From Torpedo marmorata (lineage: Eukaryota): DNA of 64,000 bases. The stretch lies in assembly GCA_977017645.1 (NCBI GenBank), contig OZ360220.1, positions 311,240,001 to 311,304,000 on the forward strand, read 5' to 3'. Shown here piece by piece: positions 61,599 through 64,000 of this stretch (its first letter is position 1; each line of letters starts with the position of its first letter). A model generated the notes under the pieces. That model searched no databases. It saw nothing but the letters and a program-made list of their open reading frames with translations, and was not told the DNA's origin. A program made the position numbers and the translations under genes.

Positions 61599-61767
61599 TA
61601 TATATATATATATATTTAAAAAAACACACCTAACCTACCCTAATAAAAAAAACAACTAACAAAAAACAGCTGAGCAGCTTATCCTGAAGGTTATATATAT
61701 TTTGTAATTTTTGGTTCCTACCATAAATCAAAAAACAAAGGAAGAGTAAATACATCTAATCACATTA

Positions 61768-62754
61768 GAAACGAAACCCATTCATTACCGAACACATTTT
61801 TAAATGCAATAATTACAGTTATACCTAAAAAAGATAGAGATGTATTGAAAACTGAATCATATAGACCTATTTCATTGTTAAATGTAGATTATAAGATAAT
61901 GGCAAAAATTTTAGCAAATAGAATGGCTAATTATTTACCAGATTTAATTCATGCAGATCAAGCTGGTTTTATTAAAAATAGATATTCAAAAGATAATATA
62001 GCTAGATTAATTAGTTTAATTAATCAACATAAAAAGAAGGAAGATTTACCATTAGTAAAAACGTTAGATGCTGAAAAGGCTTTTGATAGATTAGAGTGGA
62101 ATTTTTTATTTAAGGTATTGGAGAAATTTGGTTTTGGAACTACATTTATTAATTGGATTAAAACTATATATAAAGAACCATCCGCTAAAGTAATTACAAA
62201 TGGACAAATTTCTTCAAGATTTCCCCTGACTAGATCTACTAGACAAGGATGCCCTTTGTCACCAGCGTTATTTATTTTGGCGATAGAACCTTTGGCAGAA
62301 TTAGTTAGAAAAGATCCGAAAATAGTTGGTATTAAAGTTGGAATGGAAGAACATAAAATTAGTTTATTTGCAGATGATGTATTGATATATATGACAAAAT
62401 CTATTACATCTTTAGTACAATTGTCTGCGTTATTGAGAGAATATGGGGAAATATCTGGATATAAAATTAATTCTGATAAAAGTGAAATTATGGCACTATC
62501 ACAAGGGGATTATAGTAAGTGTAAAGAAATTACACAATTTAAATGGGCAAAAGAAGGAATTAAATATTTGGGAATAAGGATTGATACAAAATTGGCTAAT
62601 TTATATAAATTAAATTATCTACCATTATTTGTGAAAATAAAAAAGGATTTAGAAAATTGGAAAGATTTACCTATAACTTTAATGGGAAGAGTAAATTGTA
62701 TTAAAATGAATGTTTTTCCAAGAATTCAATATCTTTTCCAATCAATTCCTTTTT
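61768..62754 (+). mobile_element. L1 ORF2 RT fragment, related to 9232-13113
   Basis: YRPISLLN, DAEKAFD, RQGCPLSP, LFADD; ends at FQSIPF. Confidence 0.9.
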
Positions 62755-64000
62755 AAAAAAAAATATTTTATTTAAAATTTTTAAATCACAAAATACATAA
62801 AGTAAAATATAAAATTATGAAATTGTTTGTGATACATTTTCACCCCCCCTCCCCCCTTCCCCAACCCTCCCAACCCCACTAATCTAATAAAAATATAAAA
62901 TAAAAATAGAAAAAGAAGAAAAAGAAAGAAAGAAAAGGATAGAGTTAGGGGAATGCCAATCTATAAACTACTTCTATTATGGAGGTCAAATATGCCAGTA
63001 GACCCAATACCCAGAGATCTTCAAATTCTTAGCCGACGGCTCTCATATATGGGCTCCAAATTTTTAAGAAAAAATGATATTTGTTATGTAAATTATAAGT
63101 AATTTTTTCAAGTGGTATACACGAACGAAGTTCTGCATGCCATCTTTCTAATCCTAAATCTAAATCAGATTTCCAAGTAATAGCAATGCATTTCTTTGAA
63201 ACAGCTAAAGCAATTCGCAAAAATTCCATTTGATACATATTTAATTTCATCTTAATACTAAATTTTCTAATATCTCCAAACAAAAATATCATAGGATCCA
63301 TTGGAAACGTAATTTTAAATACTTTATCTAAAAAATGTTTAACTTTCAACCAAAAATCATAAACTTTTGGACAAAACCATGTAGAATGTACAAAAGATCC
63401 TTCTTCTTTATTACATCTAAAACATAAACCTGATAATGTCAGATTAAATTTCTTTAATTTTTTAGGTGTTAAATATAATTGATGAAAAAAATGGTATTGT
63501 ACTAATCTATATCTAACATTAATAATCTTCATCATACTTAATTTAGATAATTCTTTCCAATGATTTTCATCTATTCTTACATTCAAATCTAATTCCCATT
63601 TTAATCTTGATTTATGCAATCCTACTTTAGGCATTTTCCTCTGAAACAATTTATACATTTGAGAAATAAATTTATTAACATCTCCATTAGTAACTAATAA
63701 TTCTAATTCATTTTGCCTTGGTAAAATCAAAGCATAACCTAATTTCTCAATCAAAAATGCTCTAATTTGATAATAAGCAAAAAGTGTATTATCTAATATA
63801 TTAAATTTATCTTTCATTCTTTGAAAAGTAATAAATTTCCCAGCTTCAAAACAGTCATTAATCTTCTTAATTCCTTTTTGAAACCAAATTTTAAATAATT
63901 GATTATTAATAGTAAATGGAATAAGTCCATTTTGATATAAAGGCATCCTTGAAGAAATCAATCCTTTTCCTCCTATTTCCTTATCCGTCTTATTCCATAT
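62755..64000 (-). mobile_element. L1 3' end (ORF2 C-terminus and 3' UTR), running off the window
   Basis: CFRC...H...C knuckle; 3' UTR similar to 9250-9500. Confidence 0.9.

Noticed and set aside
59905-61770. AT-rich flanks of the Penelope insertion (59905-60080, 61618-61770) as the 3' UTR of another L1-like family
   Set aside because: Composition is suggestive, but there is no second copy or coding remnant to support a call.

Overview
Repeat-dense vertebrate genomic DNA, most likely a cartilaginous fish (inferred from the CR1, V-SINE and Penelope repertoire). The only host gene I can support is AP3S1 (AP-3 sigma-1) on the minus strand: CpG island and coding exon 1 at 34212-34280, exon 2 at 17270-17361 and exon 3 at 13906-14017; later exons are not seen. 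The rest is largely nested mobile elements: a Gmr1-type Gypsy (PR-IN-RT-RH order) inside a solo LTR inside a CR1; L1 copies; a near full-length CR1; Rex1/Babar LINE fragments; tRNA- and 5S-derived SINEs; Penelope-like elements with hammerhead ribozyme motifs; a composite hAT MITE; and a four-deep nest (Penelope > class I ERV remnant > Mag Gypsy > BEL/Pao). The most unusual object is the BEL/Pao element at 45703-51726. It has no tRNA primer-binding site. Instead, the 11 nt starting 2 nt after its 5' LTR are the exact complement of an 11-mer inside its own LTR, the geometry of Tf1-type self-priming. It also has TG...TA termini and one intact ORF of about 1290 aa, in which RT, RNase H and the integrase core are replaced by a segment resembling host MIPOL1, with a SAFB/SLTM-like SAP domain at the N-terminus. 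Family assignments come from recognising motifs by eye, without database searches; boundaries of decayed repeats are approximate.
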